Counted from the stretch's first letter, positions 18,086 through 28,400 are shown. The stretch: DNA of 64,000 nucleotides from an uncultured Clostridia bacterium (GCA_937966555.1 CALCLY010000036.1:122116-186115), one strand, 5' to 3'. Made by a program: numbers and translations. Notes: generated by a model from the letters alone, not told the origin.

Positions 18086-20026
18086 TTAGACCTCCTTAAT
18101 AACTGTCTTTTTACCATAGCCTTTCGGAACAAGATTAAGTGCTCGCATTTTATCTATAGCACGGAGCCATACATCTTTACTAAATCTCCTTTTACTTTTG
18201 TGCCAATTATTAAGAATGTCATTTATTACATCATCATCTGTAAATGTTTTTTTATCAATCAAGAAATCATTCCAAGCCCCATACAAAGTGGCAATAATCT
18301 CTGCTTGGTCTGTGTCAAAATTATCAAAAATGGCTATAATTCGCTCGATTTCCGTATTGTAATTAGCAAAGTAATCATTATAATACTTTTTATATTTATT
18401 TACATTCTTTGTGGCTTTATAAGATACACCATAATTACTTGAAATGATATTAAACCACTTATTATTTTTGCTTATTATTGCTTCACAGCTGTAAAGAGAT
18501 TTATCAAAAGGACCTGCCGCTTCTCTGGTATATTCTGTTTCAAAATTAAATCCAATATGCTGCTCTATCACATAAAGCGTTTTTTCAAGTTTTACCCTGC
18601 CTTTATTATTATTTGATGTAGCAAGAATTTTACTCATAAGAACTGCTTGTGCAAATCTTGATTTTTTTGCATTATAAACAGCAGGATATATAGGAATAAC
18701 ACTTATGATGATATTATCATTATTCTTTGACATCAAAGCATCCTTTTTTCCTGTCACATATTCATAGATAAGTGACTTTTTGTATTCTTCCAAATTTGTA
18801 ATAAGTTTTTCTTTTTCTAAAATGATATTGTCTATTTCAGCACATTTACTATCAAGAAAAGCAATTATTTCCTTTTGTGTTGATATAGATGTATATATTA
18901 TTGGAGAATTTTTTATTGCATCAGCACTCATACCCTCTCTGTTACCGCCTGTTTGATACAAATTGACAGACATTTTTCCCAATGAAGATAACCAATAATA
19001 GTGCATATACTCCGGAAACATTATATCCTGTTTTAATCTTATAATACTGACATGCTGATTTACATTTGCCTTGCCATAAGATTTATCATATATACAACAT
19101 CTTCCAATAGATCCTCCGGTTATGTTTAAAAGTACATCTTTATCCATAACTCTTGTATTTTTCATTTCTTCGTCTATTTCTTCTGAAATGTAAGTGGGGT
19201 CGTCTAATACAAGTCCTGTATCATAAACATTTTGACTTCGCAAGAACAATACACCTTCACTTGAATAAACATCTCCACCGCCTTTTGGCGTTTTTCCGCT
19301 TCCAACTTTTGTAACACAAGACTTGATTTTTCCTAACCGCCAATCAACAGGTATTTCACCTATCCACTCAATGCCGCTATCTTTCATTGGCACATTTTTA
19401 TCAAGTCCTTTTGTGACGGCTTCTGTTATAACCGACTGCTTATACTCCTTGTAATTTTCAATACTTGCCTTTGTTTCGGAAATGATTTTATCTATTTCTG
19501 TAACCTTGCTGTCAAGGAAATCGGCTATTCTTTTCTGTTCGGGTAACAGCGGAACAGGTATATAGTAATTCATCAGCGTTTCTGTCGATAAAGTCCAGCG
19601 GTTATCATAAGAAACCCCCTTGCCGTGCGCAAAAAAAACCATTGCCCAATATTGTGTTTTAAAATAATAATCATAAAATACAGGGTAATAATTTTTGTTT
19701 GCTTTTAAGTTTATGTAGGCAGGACTAATAACGCCATAGACTTTGGATATACTGCAATTTGCACCACTGTATAAGTCCATAGGGTTTAAAAGTAAATCAA
19801 AAGGTTCCACAGGGTTGTAATTATAATAACTTTCCGCAATCTGACCTTCTCCTGTTGATACATCTCTAACTTTAACACCGCTTCTTGCAAGCGAAAGAAT
19901 AGTAGGCTCTTCTTGCTGTGCTTTTTCGTTTTTTCTGGTAAAAGCATTTTTTACCCTGCCTATTTTCCACTCACTCGGAATATCGCCTATCCACTCAACG
20001 CCGCTGTTTTTCATTTCTCTTGTCAT
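18086..20026 (-). CDS. hsdS: Type I R-M specificity subunit: two TRDs plus a non-canonical ~220-aa C-terminal extension.
   Basis: 646 aa. The conserved HsdS central and distal helices are LPEQKRIADFLDSKVTEIDKII and IIAFLDSKCAEIDNIILEKEKLITNLEEYKKSL. An extra AT-rich C-terminal domain is encoded by 18086-18754. Confidence 0.85.
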   Translation of the reverse strand: MTREMKNSGVEWIGDIPSEWKIGRVKNAFTRKNEKAQQEEPTILSLARSGVKVRDVSTGEGQIAESYYNYNPVEPFDLLLNPMDLYSGANCSISKVYGVISPAYINLKANKNYYPVFYDYYFKTQYWAMVFFAHGKGVSYDNRWTLSTETLMNYYIPVPLLPEQKRIADFLDSKVTEIDKIISETKASIENYKEYKQSVITEAVTKGLDKNVPMKDSGIEWIGEIPVDWRLGKIKSCVTKVGSGKTPKGGGDVYSSEGVLFLRSQNVYDTGLVLDDPTYISEEIDEEMKNTRVMDKDVLLNITGGSIGRCCIYDKSYGKANVNQHVSIIRLKQDIMFPEYMHYYWLSSLGKMSVNLYQTGGNREGMSADAIKNSPIIYTSISTQKEIIAFLDSKCAEIDNIILEKEKLITNLEEYKKSLIYEYVTGKKDALMSKNNDNIIISVIPIYPAVYNAKKSRFAQAVLMSKILATSNNNKGRVKLEKTLYVIEQHIGFNFETEYTREAAGPFDKSLYSCEAIISKNNKWFNIISSNYGVSYKATKNVNKYKKYYNDYFANYNTEIERIIAIFDNFDTDQAEIIATLYGAWNDFLIDKKTFTDDDVINDILNNWHKSKRRFSKDVWLRAIDKMRALNLVPKGYGKKTVIKEV

Positions 20027-21795
20027 TTGCTTTCACGCTCCTCAAACAATGCTTTAAGCGAAGCAGTGATACTTGCCTCCTGCGAGCTTATAATTTCTGC
20101 GATTTCATCGGAACTTCTCGGAGCCTGATATTTATAAAAATATCTTGTAAAAGGTATTTCATAGCCAACCTTTGTTTTGCTTTTATCTATCCACGCCGCC
20201 GCATTATACGGTTTTACCTCTCTTGCAAAATAGCTGTCTATGTCCTCCACAAGCGGAACGTTTTCATAATCCCGTTTTGAAGTGTCGGGGACAGGCTGGT
20301 TTTTCTTGCCTTTGGTTACGATTTCTCCGTTTTCATCATACAGCGGGCTTTCAATTTGAATACGGTTAAAGCCGAAATCCTCATTATTGAAAATTTTGCT
20401 TTCACACACTTTTCCGTCAAAATCATATTCCTTTGTCCTGTAATCTCCGTAAACCTTAACGATAGCCTCACGGCATTTGTCGGTTATATCGTATCTTTTA
20501 TTTCCGATATTTTTTCTGCGCTGTTCCGCCATTTTGGACGCGTCTATAAGCTGAACCTTGCCCTGCCTATGCAGAGGTTTATTTTTTGAGATTATCCATA
20601 TATATGTTGTAATTCCCGTATTATAAAATACATCTGTTGAAAGCTGAATTATACAGTCGAGCCAGTCATTCTCTATCATATATCGGCGGATTTCGCTTTC
20701 GCCGCTTTCAGCCGCACCGGTAAAAAGCGACGAGCCGTTATGTATAATCGCCATTTTGCCGTCATCTTTCAATTTTGCAATTCCGTTTAAATCAAACAGC
20801 ATTTGCCCGTCGGATATTTTGGGCAAGCCGACGCCGAATCTGCCATTGTCGCCCAGAGCGTGCTCCGCTTCAACCTCTCTTTTTGCGGTTTTCCATTCGA
20901 TACCGAACGGCGGATTTGAGATGATATAATCAAATTTATAATTCGGAAATTTATCATCCGAAAGCGTATTGCCAAGCTTCATATTATCTGCATTGCTGCC
21001 ATGAATAAGCGCAGAGGACTTTGCAATAGCAAATGTTTCGGGATTTAACTCCTGCCCGAATGTTCTTACGTCAGCCTCGGAATCAAGAGCCTTTAACCGC
21101 TCCGTCATACAGGTGAGCATTTGAGAAGTACCCATTGTCATATCATAAACCGTCTTTGCAACGCCTTCTTCAATTAAAAGGTCTTTATCTTCGGAAATAA
21201 GAATATCGGTCATAAGATATATAATATCTCTCGATGTGAAATGCGCTCCGGCTTGTTCGTCATAACTTTCCGAAAATCTCTTTATCAAATCCTCAAAAAT
21301 ATATCCCATATCAACGGAAGTAATTTTATCTGCTCCCATATAGGCACTCGGTTTATTAAACGCCTCTATGACGAGGAATAAAAGACCGTTATTTGCAAGT
21401 TTTTTGATTTCGTTGTCAAATTCGTAATTTTCCAAAATGTCCTGCACATTTTCAGAATATCCCATTATATAATTGCGGAAATTATCTTCAATATGCGTTG
21501 CGTCTTCGGTCAGCTTCCCGAAATCATATTTGCTGATGTTGTAAAATGAGTAGCCGGCGGCACGCTCCAAAAAGCCGGATTTAACTTCAAGGTGTTTTAC
21601 ATTTTCGTATGTTTCCAAAACCTTATCCTTTGTCGGAATAAGGCAGTCGTTAAATCTTTTCAAGACGCAAAACGGCAAAATTACTTTTCCGTATTCGTGC
21701 GGTTTGTAATAATCACGCAACAGGTCAGCAACGCTCCAAATCAAGTTTGATTTTTCCTGTATATTTGTTGTGGTTTGTGTAAGTAATTCTGACAT
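20023..21795 (-). CDS. hsdM: Type I R-M N6-adenine DNA methyltransferase subunit.
   Basis: 590 aa with an HsdM N-terminal domain and the catalytic motif NPPFG (IISNPPFGIEW). Its stop overlaps the hsdS start by 4 bp. Confidence 0.9.
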   Translation of the reverse strand: MSELLTQTTTNIQEKSNLIWSVADLLRDYYKPHEYGKVILPFCVLKRFNDCLIPTKDKVLETYENVKHLEVKSGFLERAAGYSFYNISKYDFGKLTEDATHIEDNFRNYIMGYSENVQDILENYEFDNEIKKLANNGLLFLVIEAFNKPSAYMGADKITSVDMGYIFEDLIKRFSESYDEQAGAHFTSRDIIYLMTDILISEDKDLLIEEGVAKTVYDMTMGTSQMLTCMTERLKALDSEADVRTFGQELNPETFAIAKSSALIHGSNADNMKLGNTLSDDKFPNYKFDYIISNPPFGIEWKTAKREVEAEHALGDNGRFGVGLPKISDGQMLFDLNGIAKLKDDGKMAIIHNGSSLFTGAAESGESEIRRYMIENDWLDCIIQLSTDVFYNTGITTYIWIISKNKPLHRQGKVQLIDASKMAEQRRKNIGNKRYDITDKCREAIVKVYGDYRTKEYDFDGKVCESKIFNNEDFGFNRIQIESPLYDENGEIVTKGKKNQPVPDTSKRDYENVPLVEDIDSYFAREVKPYNAAAWIDKSKTKVGYEIPFTRYFYKYQAPRSSDEIAEIISSQEASITASLKALFEERESK

Positions 21796-21820
21796 TGTAA
21801 ATTTCTCCTTTATTTATAGT

Positions 21821-23209
21821 TTAACGTATCATATCTCCATACTCGACCAAACTAACATTACCCATCTCACTTGCCTTATCTTCACAGCCTTTTGTAAAGC
21901 CTGATTTTGAGAACAGATAATAATATTTAGTTTTGTAATTGAACAGTTCGCTTCGTTTAACAAGTGTTTCCAACACGCCGAGATCGACCTTTTCGTTTGT
22001 CCATTTACATTCCGCAAAAAGGGCAGTGTTTTTGTCCTGCTCGCCCATAATGTCGATTTCTTCCTGACGCTTTTCTTTCGGATTATTGCCCCACCAACGA
22101 CCGAGAGCCGTAAACTCAACAGGGCAGTTGCCGGAAAGGAGCTGTTTCCACAGATACTGTTTACAGATTTCCTCAAAAACCTTGCCCATATAGTCCGAAA
22201 GCTGCGGCTCAATACGCTTATATGCCAAATCTGCGGCGCCGCGGGCGATGATTGAATTATTTTCAAACACGAACCGATACCAAAAGCGGAACATATTATC
22301 TTCAATCGAATAAACCGACTTTCGAGAAGCTTTTTCGCCGTACGGTGTTTCTTTCTGCACAATTCCCAAATTGATCAAATTTTTGAGATACATTGCGCAA
22401 ACATTGGTATCTTCGCCGACCTTGCCCGAAATCTCCGACATTCTCGACGCTCCCGTTGCAATAGCGGCAATTATCGCCGTATAGATTGCCGGTTCTCTGA
22501 CTTCCTGTTTCAAGAGGTTTATCGGCTCTTCATACAAGAATGAAACGGGGTTCAAAAATGTATCTTTGATATTATCCTCAACGCTCAATGCGTCATTAAT
22601 CTGCAATAGATACTGCGGAGTACCGCCGACAACCCCATAGATAAGCGCTTTATCTTCGGCAGTGAAATTTTTGAAGTAGCGGCAGGTTTCCTCAAAGTCG
22701 AACGGCAAAAGTTTTATTTGCGCCGTTCTTCTGCCATAAAGAGGTGCTTTATAGGCGAGAACGTGATCTTCCATATACGACATTGACGAACCGCAGAGAA
22801 TCAGCATCAGCTTTGATTTATCCTTATATTTATCAATCAAAAGTTGCAGGGTAGAGGCAAGACTCTTTGACGAGCGTGCAACATACGGGTATTCGTCGAT
22901 TGCAAGAATGATGCGTTCTTTTTCGGCAAGTCGGAACACATATTCGAGTGCCGATTGAAACGACGAGAATATGCTGTCAATCTCCGTACCGCTGACATAC
23001 TCCATAATGCTCTTTGAAAAATTTTCGAGATTTTGCTTTGCATTACTCTCAACACCCATAAAATAAATAGCATTTTTATCATCAATAAATTTGTTGATAA
23101 GTGCGGTTTTACCCACACGGCGTCTGCCATAGATAACCGCAAATTCAAATTTATCCGATTTGTATAATCTTTCAAGAGCTGAAAGCTCTCGCTGTCTGCC
23201 TATAAACAT
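21821..23209 (-). CDS. AAA-type ATP-binding protein (ATPase + DUF234 architecture).
   Basis: 462 aa with Walker A GRRRVGKT and a Walker B-like ILAIDEYP. It is co-directional with the hsd operon and 25 bp upstream of it. Confidence 0.7.
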   Translation of the reverse strand: MFIGRQRELSALERLYKSDKFEFAVIYGRRRVGKTALINKFIDDKNAIYFMGVESNAKQNLENFSKSIMEYVSGTEIDSIFSSFQSALEYVFRLAEKERIILAIDEYPYVARSSKSLASTLQLLIDKYKDKSKLMLILCGSSMSYMEDHVLAYKAPLYGRRTAQIKLLPFDFEETCRYFKNFTAEDKALIYGVVGGTPQYLLQINDALSVEDNIKDTFLNPVSFLYEEPINLLKQEVREPAIYTAIIAAIATGASRMSEISGKVGEDTNVCAMYLKNLINLGIVQKETPYGEKASRKSVYSIEDNMFRFWYRFVFENNSIIARGAADLAYKRIEPQLSDYMGKVFEEICKQYLWKQLLSGNCPVEFTALGRWWGNNPKEKRQEEIDIMGEQDKNTALFAECKWTNEKVDLGVLETLVKRSELFNYKTKYYYLFSKSGFTKGCEDKASEMGNVSLVEYGDMIR

Positions 23210-23334
23210 AATTCAACCTCCAATTCGAGTTATTATCATTATATCATAATTTTTATAAATAGTCAAGTGTAATTGAGTAACTTATAATTTGATAAATGTG
23301 TTTTACTTATAACTCCGAACACATCTCCAAACAT

Positions 23335-23535
23335 CTATTCAATATGCTCGCTGTTGATTTTTAATAACTGCGACTTTACAACCTCTCTTGAGAAATCATT
23401 TCCGGCGATGCGTACCGTTTTGGAATTACCGCATATAGTTTCCGCCATAACACTCACAAGTTCATCAAGTATATCGCCGCTGTACCTCTCGCAAAGAATG
23501 TCATAATCAATATTTTCTTTTATCCGATTCGTCAT
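23335..23535 (-). CDS. Small hypothetical protein (66 aa).
   Basis: ORF only. Confidence 0.3.
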   Translation of the reverse strand: MTNRIKENIDYDILCERYSGDILDELVSVMAETICGNSKTVRIAGNDFSREVVKSQLLKINSEHIE

Positions 23536-23599
23536 CGCATCTATCTCGTTTTCTGTGATTGATAGATTGATGTTGTTAAAAGAATTATTAATATTTTTA

Positions 23600-23750
23600 T
23601 TTATATATTGATTGGGTGCACACTGTTCACTGCGTGGTGCAGATATTTCACTACCCGGTAGTGAAGGCTGTTCATCAGGTGGTGAATTATATTAATTACC
23701 CTGTGGTGCAGGCATTTCACCGGGCAGAGAAAAATCAGGTATTCCGATAA
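23600..23750. repeat. Iteron-like direct repeats GGTGCA-N4-(T/G)TTCAC (three copies) plus related half-sites. The position is typical of a replication origin or operator.
   Basis: The three copies are ggtgcacactgttcac, ggtgcagatatttcac and ggtgcaggcatttcac, with inverted gtgaa half-sites between them. They lie next to the Rep-like HTH gene. Confidence 0.4.
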
Positions 23751-24030
23751 GCACTTCATAGTCGTTAGCTGTATGATCACCCTTGCTGCTTCTTCGTTCA
23801 GTCTTTTTTATGCAGCCCAATGTCACAAGCTCGCTTATAATATCAATAACCTTTCGCCTGCTGATTCCGCTGTCATCAGCAATCGTCTGATAAGACGGAA
23901 AGGCAATATTACTGCTGTTTGAATAACTGCAAATTACGCTGAGAACCACCTTGTGCAGCGGCTTTAATGTATGGCTCCTCAAAATATTATTCGGCATTTG
24001 TGTAAATCCCGTATCGTATGTAATTTTCAT
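23692..24030 (-). CDS. Replication-initiator/replisome-organizer N-terminal-like HTH protein.
   Basis: 112 aa. FTQMPNNILRS...VLSVICSYSNSSNIAFPSYQTIADDSGISRRKVIDIISELVTLGCIKK is a pattern typical of plasmid/phage Rep N-terminal winged-helix domains. Confidence 0.5.
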   Translation of the reverse strand: MKITYDTGFTQMPNNILRSHTLKPLHKVVLSVICSYSNSSNIAFPSYQTIADDSGISRRKVIDIISELVTLGCIKKTERRSSKGDHTANDYEVLIGIPDFSLPGEMPAPQGN

Positions 24031-24245
24031 TCTCGCTCAACTCCTTCCGGGTAAACATATTCGGCAAGCACAAGTTCCTCCGCATAATGCCTTGCAAAAT
24101 TCATACGCCGAACCCATTCCATTTGGTCGGTGCAAGTCGAACCGATGCTTTTTCTGAATTTGCTTATGATGTCATCATAATAGTTTATGACTGCATAGTA
24201 CAGTCCTTTCTTCTCTCGTATAGTTCCTGTTACATTTTTGCTCAA
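24027..24245 (-). CDS. Small hypothetical protein (72 aa).
   Basis: ORF overlapping the downstream gene start by 4 bp. Confidence 0.3.
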   Translation of the reverse strand: MSKNVTGTIREKKGLYYAVINYYDDIISKFRKSIGSTCTDQMEWVRRMNFARHYAEELVLAEYVYPEGVERE

Positions 24246-24336
24246 TTTTTAGACCTCCTTTGTTTTTTGAGAGAAAAAACAAACACCTATCATTGACATT
24301 ACTATTATATCAACAATAGGTACCAAACGCAAAAAA

Positions 24337-24528
24337 TCACGATGTTGTTTTATTTTTTCTCATCAAGAAATCAACTACACTGATTTTTGTTATACAATAC
24401 TCTCGACCGACTTTTATACTTTCGATTTTGTTTTCACGAAGTAATTTATATCCTGTTTTTGTACTTATACCGCCGAGAACTTCGCACATATCTTTAATTT
24501 TCAGCACATCGGGATAATTTTTCATCAT
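24337..24528 (-). CDS. Excisionase-family (Xis/MerR-like) DNA-binding protein.
   Basis: 63 aa. LKIKDMCEVLGGISTKTGYKLLRENKIESIKVGREY is an excisionase-type HTH. Confidence 0.55.
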   Translation of the reverse strand: MMKNYPDVLKIKDMCEVLGGISTKTGYKLLRENKIESIKVGREYCITKISVVDFLMRKNKTTS

Positions 24529-24796
24529 TGAAAGAAGGATGAAGTAGAAGCAAAAACTATCGTCTTGGCGTATCTGCCGCTTGGCTCGTCCATACCGGAA
24601 TGTATCTGTTGCCGTTATACTGCACCGCCGTTATCTTGCGTGCTTTCTTTGTAAAAAATTATATTGCGGTTTTGGGCATTGAAAACTTATTGATGATGTT
24701 GCTCGCAATGTTTTTCTCCGGCTGGTCGAGAGTGTCTATAATTTCAGTAAGCACTCTTTCTTCATCATAGGATAAATACCGGAAAACTCTGTTGTG

Positions 24797-25003
24797 TTAA
24801 GCCTCCATCAAGAATATTCCGCCGTTTACACCGCTTTTTACACGGATGGGAGCGTAACGACCTAAAAAGGTAATATCGTTATATACCGTGTTTTTATGTA
24901 CGGAATACCTTTTTGATAATTCGGACAAAGTAACTTTTTTTGAACTTATTATAAAAAACAGGATTTCTATCCGTCTTTCAAAGGTAGACAATTTACCTGT
25001 CAC
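24797..25003 (-). CDS. Small HTH (HTH_11-like) DNA-binding protein. It probably starts at GTG and is translationally coupled to the upstream basic-protein ORF.
   Basis: GGAGG lies 9 nt upstream of GTG (MTGKLSTFERRIEILFFIISSKKVTLSELSKRYSVHKNTVYNDITFL). Confidence 0.45.
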   Translation of the reverse strand: MTGKLSTFERRIEILFFIISSKKVTLSELSKRYSVHKNTVYNDITFLGRYAPIRVKSGVNGGIFLMEA

Positions 25004-25235
25004 AGCCGTTACACCTCCTTCCAAAAAACATTCTAACATTTAATGTCACAAGCTCATTGTAACTTTCAAAAAATAATTTCATAATTTCACCCTTTTGTGT
25101 AAATTTTGTTGAATTTGCACAAGAGAGAGGCGGAGCACGGCTGTGATACGGTGGCGGTTTTCTGTGATGTTTTCCCGAAGATTTGCGGTTATGTCCTTTA
25201 GGCTTATGCTTTTTGCGCTTTGCTCTGTGCTTCAT
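24993..25235 (-). CDS. Small, highly basic (K/R/H-rich) protein of ~80 aa.
   Basis: MKHRAKRKKHKPKGHNRKSSGKHHRKPPPYH..., with a GGAGG RBS 8 nt upstream. It overlaps the downstream GTG start by 8 nt. Confidence 0.35.
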   Translation of the reverse strand: MKHRAKRKKHKPKGHNRKSSGKHHRKPPPYHSRAPPLSCANSTKFTQKGEIMKLFFESYNELVTLNVRMFFGRRCNGCDR

Positions 25236-25361
25236 AAAGTGTCCTCCGTGCCGCAGGGCATATCCGACAAAAAGCATAATTTTGTCCTATGCAGGGCAAT
25301 TTTTTGTTTATGCGGTAATCGCTTTCGCTTCCTTTGCTTTGTAATATCATATAAAAAGGCA

Positions 25362-25412
25362 CAAAAAAAGCCGCCCGGCAATAAAGGCGTTTTGCCTCTA
25401 TACCGGGCGGCC
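25362..25412 (-). terminator. Rho-independent terminator of the surface-protein gene.
   Basis: Stem gccgcccgg/ccgggcggc, followed on the minus strand by a T7 run. Confidence 0.55.
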
Positions 25413-25469
25413 TGCTGTGCCGTCGTTTGTCCTCATTTTAAGAGAACGGTTTTAATATTAAGCTTTGTT

Positions 25470-28400
25470 TTATTTTAGGTTTTCCAGCACACGCATAAAT
25501 ACCGCGGCTGCCTGCGCTCTTGTCGTATTGGCCTTTGGTGCAAAGCTCCCATCCGTATTACCTGTCATAATGGACTTTTCCGCCGCCCATGTTACAGCGT
25601 CCTTCGCATAGTCTGAAATGTCGCTGTTGTCCATATAGGCTGTGCTGCCGCTTGTCGTTATATCATATCCCTTGAATGTTGCATAGCGATAGATCATTAC
25701 TACCATCTGCTCTCTGGTTATATTATCATTCGGAGCAAATTGATTTTCGGAAATTCCGAAGATTATACCGTTATTGCTTGCCCACGCAACAGCCTTTTCA
25801 TAATAGCTTCCGCTTTCTATGTCAATAAAGGCGGCTGCAGCTGTCTGCGGCTCATTTTCCATTCTGTAAAGAATTGTAACAAACATTGCCCTTGTAATAT
25901 CGCTTTGGGGTGCAAATTCCGTATTTGATACGCCTTTCATCAGACCGTTTTCGTATGCGTATTTCACCGAATCATAAAACCAGTCGTTTTTGTGAATGTC
26001 TGTAAACGGATTTTCCCATTCTGTCGGTTTTGGTGGGTCAACCGGATCAACAGGCTTTTCGTTTTCGTTCCACTTTGCATAAAGCGTAAAGTCCTTTGTA
26101 ACCTTGCTTGCAAAATCATATTTTGCAGTCAATTTTTCATCTGTGTACCAGCCGTCAAAGGTAAAACCTTCTTTTGCAGGAGCAGTCGGCTCTTTAACAA
26201 CACTATTTTTTGTTACGGAAGATGATGTAATTGCGTTTCCGCCGTTTGTTTCAAACTTAACTGTGTAGCGTGTTGTTCCGCCGCCGCCACCGCCGCCGCC
26301 ACCGCCGCCGGACGAATTAACAGTAAAGCGGATTGTCTTATCAATCGTGGTCAAATTGGTGGCTGTTACACGAACTGTTGCGGTGTAAGTGCCTGCGGCC
26401 AAGCCTGTGTTGGGCTTGATGGTGAAAGTTGTGGTGCCGGATGTTGCCAGATTCGTATTAAAACCCGTCTTATCCAGCGTGAAGCTGTCGGCATTGGCTC
26501 CGGTCAGGGTCACATCCAGAGAAGCAAGAGCACCGGTGCCGGTATTGGTGATCGTAAAGGTCTCTGCGGTCTGCTCGCCGTAGCCTACGGTCCGTGCAGC
26601 AAAAGTTTTACCGTCCGGTGTGACTGTTGCCGTATAAGTCAGGGGCACATCGTCTGCCGGGACGGTGACCGTAGTGGTTGCACCTGCAAAGTGTGTATCA
26701 GTTTCCGCTATGCGGACATAGTAGGTGCCTGCGGTAAGTCCGGTGATCTCGGTGCCGGAGCATACAGTACCTGCGGGGCTGGCAAAGTTAGAGTCGGTGC
26801 TGTACTCCATAGCTGTGGTTGTACCGGTTATCTTACCGTCGGAGCCGCCCAAAGTGGTGGGATTCACTCCGTTCAAACCGGTAGGAGCACCGGGACTGTC
26901 AGCCTTTTTAACCGCAGCGGTTGCGGCGCTGGTAAGTGTGCCGGTTTCCTCGCTGCTGGAAATCTCCACGGTGATGGTCGAGCCGATGTCGGCCTTAACC
27001 AGCGTGTAGGTGCTGTTCATTGCGCCGGAGATGTCGGAGCCATCACGCTTCCACTGATAGGACAGCGTGCCGGTATTATTGCCGCTTTCAAGAGATGCTG
27101 TCAGGGTCTGACCGAACTTAGCCGTACCGGTGATCGTGGCTGTGCCGGTCAGGGCGGGGTTCTCCGTCCAGCGCGCGTAATATTCGCTACTTGAATCTGT
27201 ATAAACTGTGTCCAGACTCAACAAAGTGCCGCCGCTTTCTGCTGTATACCACCCGGCAAAGATGTAGTGCTCTTTTGTCGGTGTCGGCACCTGTTCCGCG
27301 GTCAACTTGCCGTCCGTACCGGTAACAAGTTCCACACGATAACTTTCATCTCCGATTTTTCCGCCCTGCGTATAGAAGCCAACGATATATTTTGTAACGC
27401 CGCCGAGAGGACTCATAGAAAACGGAACGCCGTAAGAATATTTCACTTCGTCTATCGTATAGTTAGTATACACAACCCCCGGGTTATTGCCTCCCAAGGT
27501 GACATCTGTTTCATTCAGCTCTGCCAGTGCCAACCCGTCCTGTGCCTTGAAGTATATCCACAGAGTGTATTTAATCCCCGAAATGAACTGTGCAGAAAGC
27601 TTTGTTGCGTCAGAATAACTTCCGCCGGAGTCTGAGTATTGCCACTTATACGTGAATTCTACACCCGCCGTATTGCAGGTGACAACCGCATCCGCAACAT
27701 TTTCTCCCTCCGTATATCCGGTATAGGAAAATGAAACGCTGTCAATCGCTCCCCACAAGGCATATACCGTGGTTGCCTCGCTGAAAACCGTTGTCTCCGT
27801 TATCTTCATTCCTCCGCTTGCTGCGGTATACCATCCGTCGAAGGTGTAGCCCTCCCTTGTCGGAACCGGAAGTGATGCCAATTTACCTTTATCCGCCGCC
27901 GGTATCGTTATTGTATCCGTATCCTTGCCGTTTACCTTGCCGCCGTTTGCATCAAATGTTACATCAATGTCAACGGCGGGCACCCAGCGCGCGTAAAATT
28001 GGTTTCTTGGATCTGTATAAACTGTGTCCAGACTCAACAAAGTGCCGCCGCTTTCTGCTGTATACCACCCGGCAAAGATGTAGTGCTCTTTTGTCGGTGT
28101 CGGCACCTGTTCCGCGGTCAACTTGCCGTCCGTACCGGTAACAAGTTCCACACGATAACTTTCATCTCCGATTTTTCCGCCCTGCGTATAGAAGCCAACG
28201 ATATATTTTGTAACGCCGCCGAGAGGACTCATAGAAAACGGAACGCCGTAAGAATATTTCACTTCGTCTATCGTATAGTTAGTATACACAACCCCCGGGT
28301 TATTGCCTCCCAAGGTGACATCTGTTTCATTCAGCTCTGCCAGTGCCAACCCGTCCTGTGCCTTGAAGTATATCCACAGAGTGTATTTAATCCCCGAAAT

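Noticed and set aside
23600-23750. Possible CRISPR array, because of the spaced direct repeats.
   Set aside because: There are only three short (16-bp) degenerate copies with irregular spacing, no cas genes, and a neighbouring Rep-like HTH gene. An iteron interpretation fits better.
26279-26311. Homopolymeric G/C phase-variation tract.
   Set aside because: It is a GGC/GGT triplet repeat encoding poly-Gly in frame, not a homopolymer. Slippage would change linker length, not on/off state.
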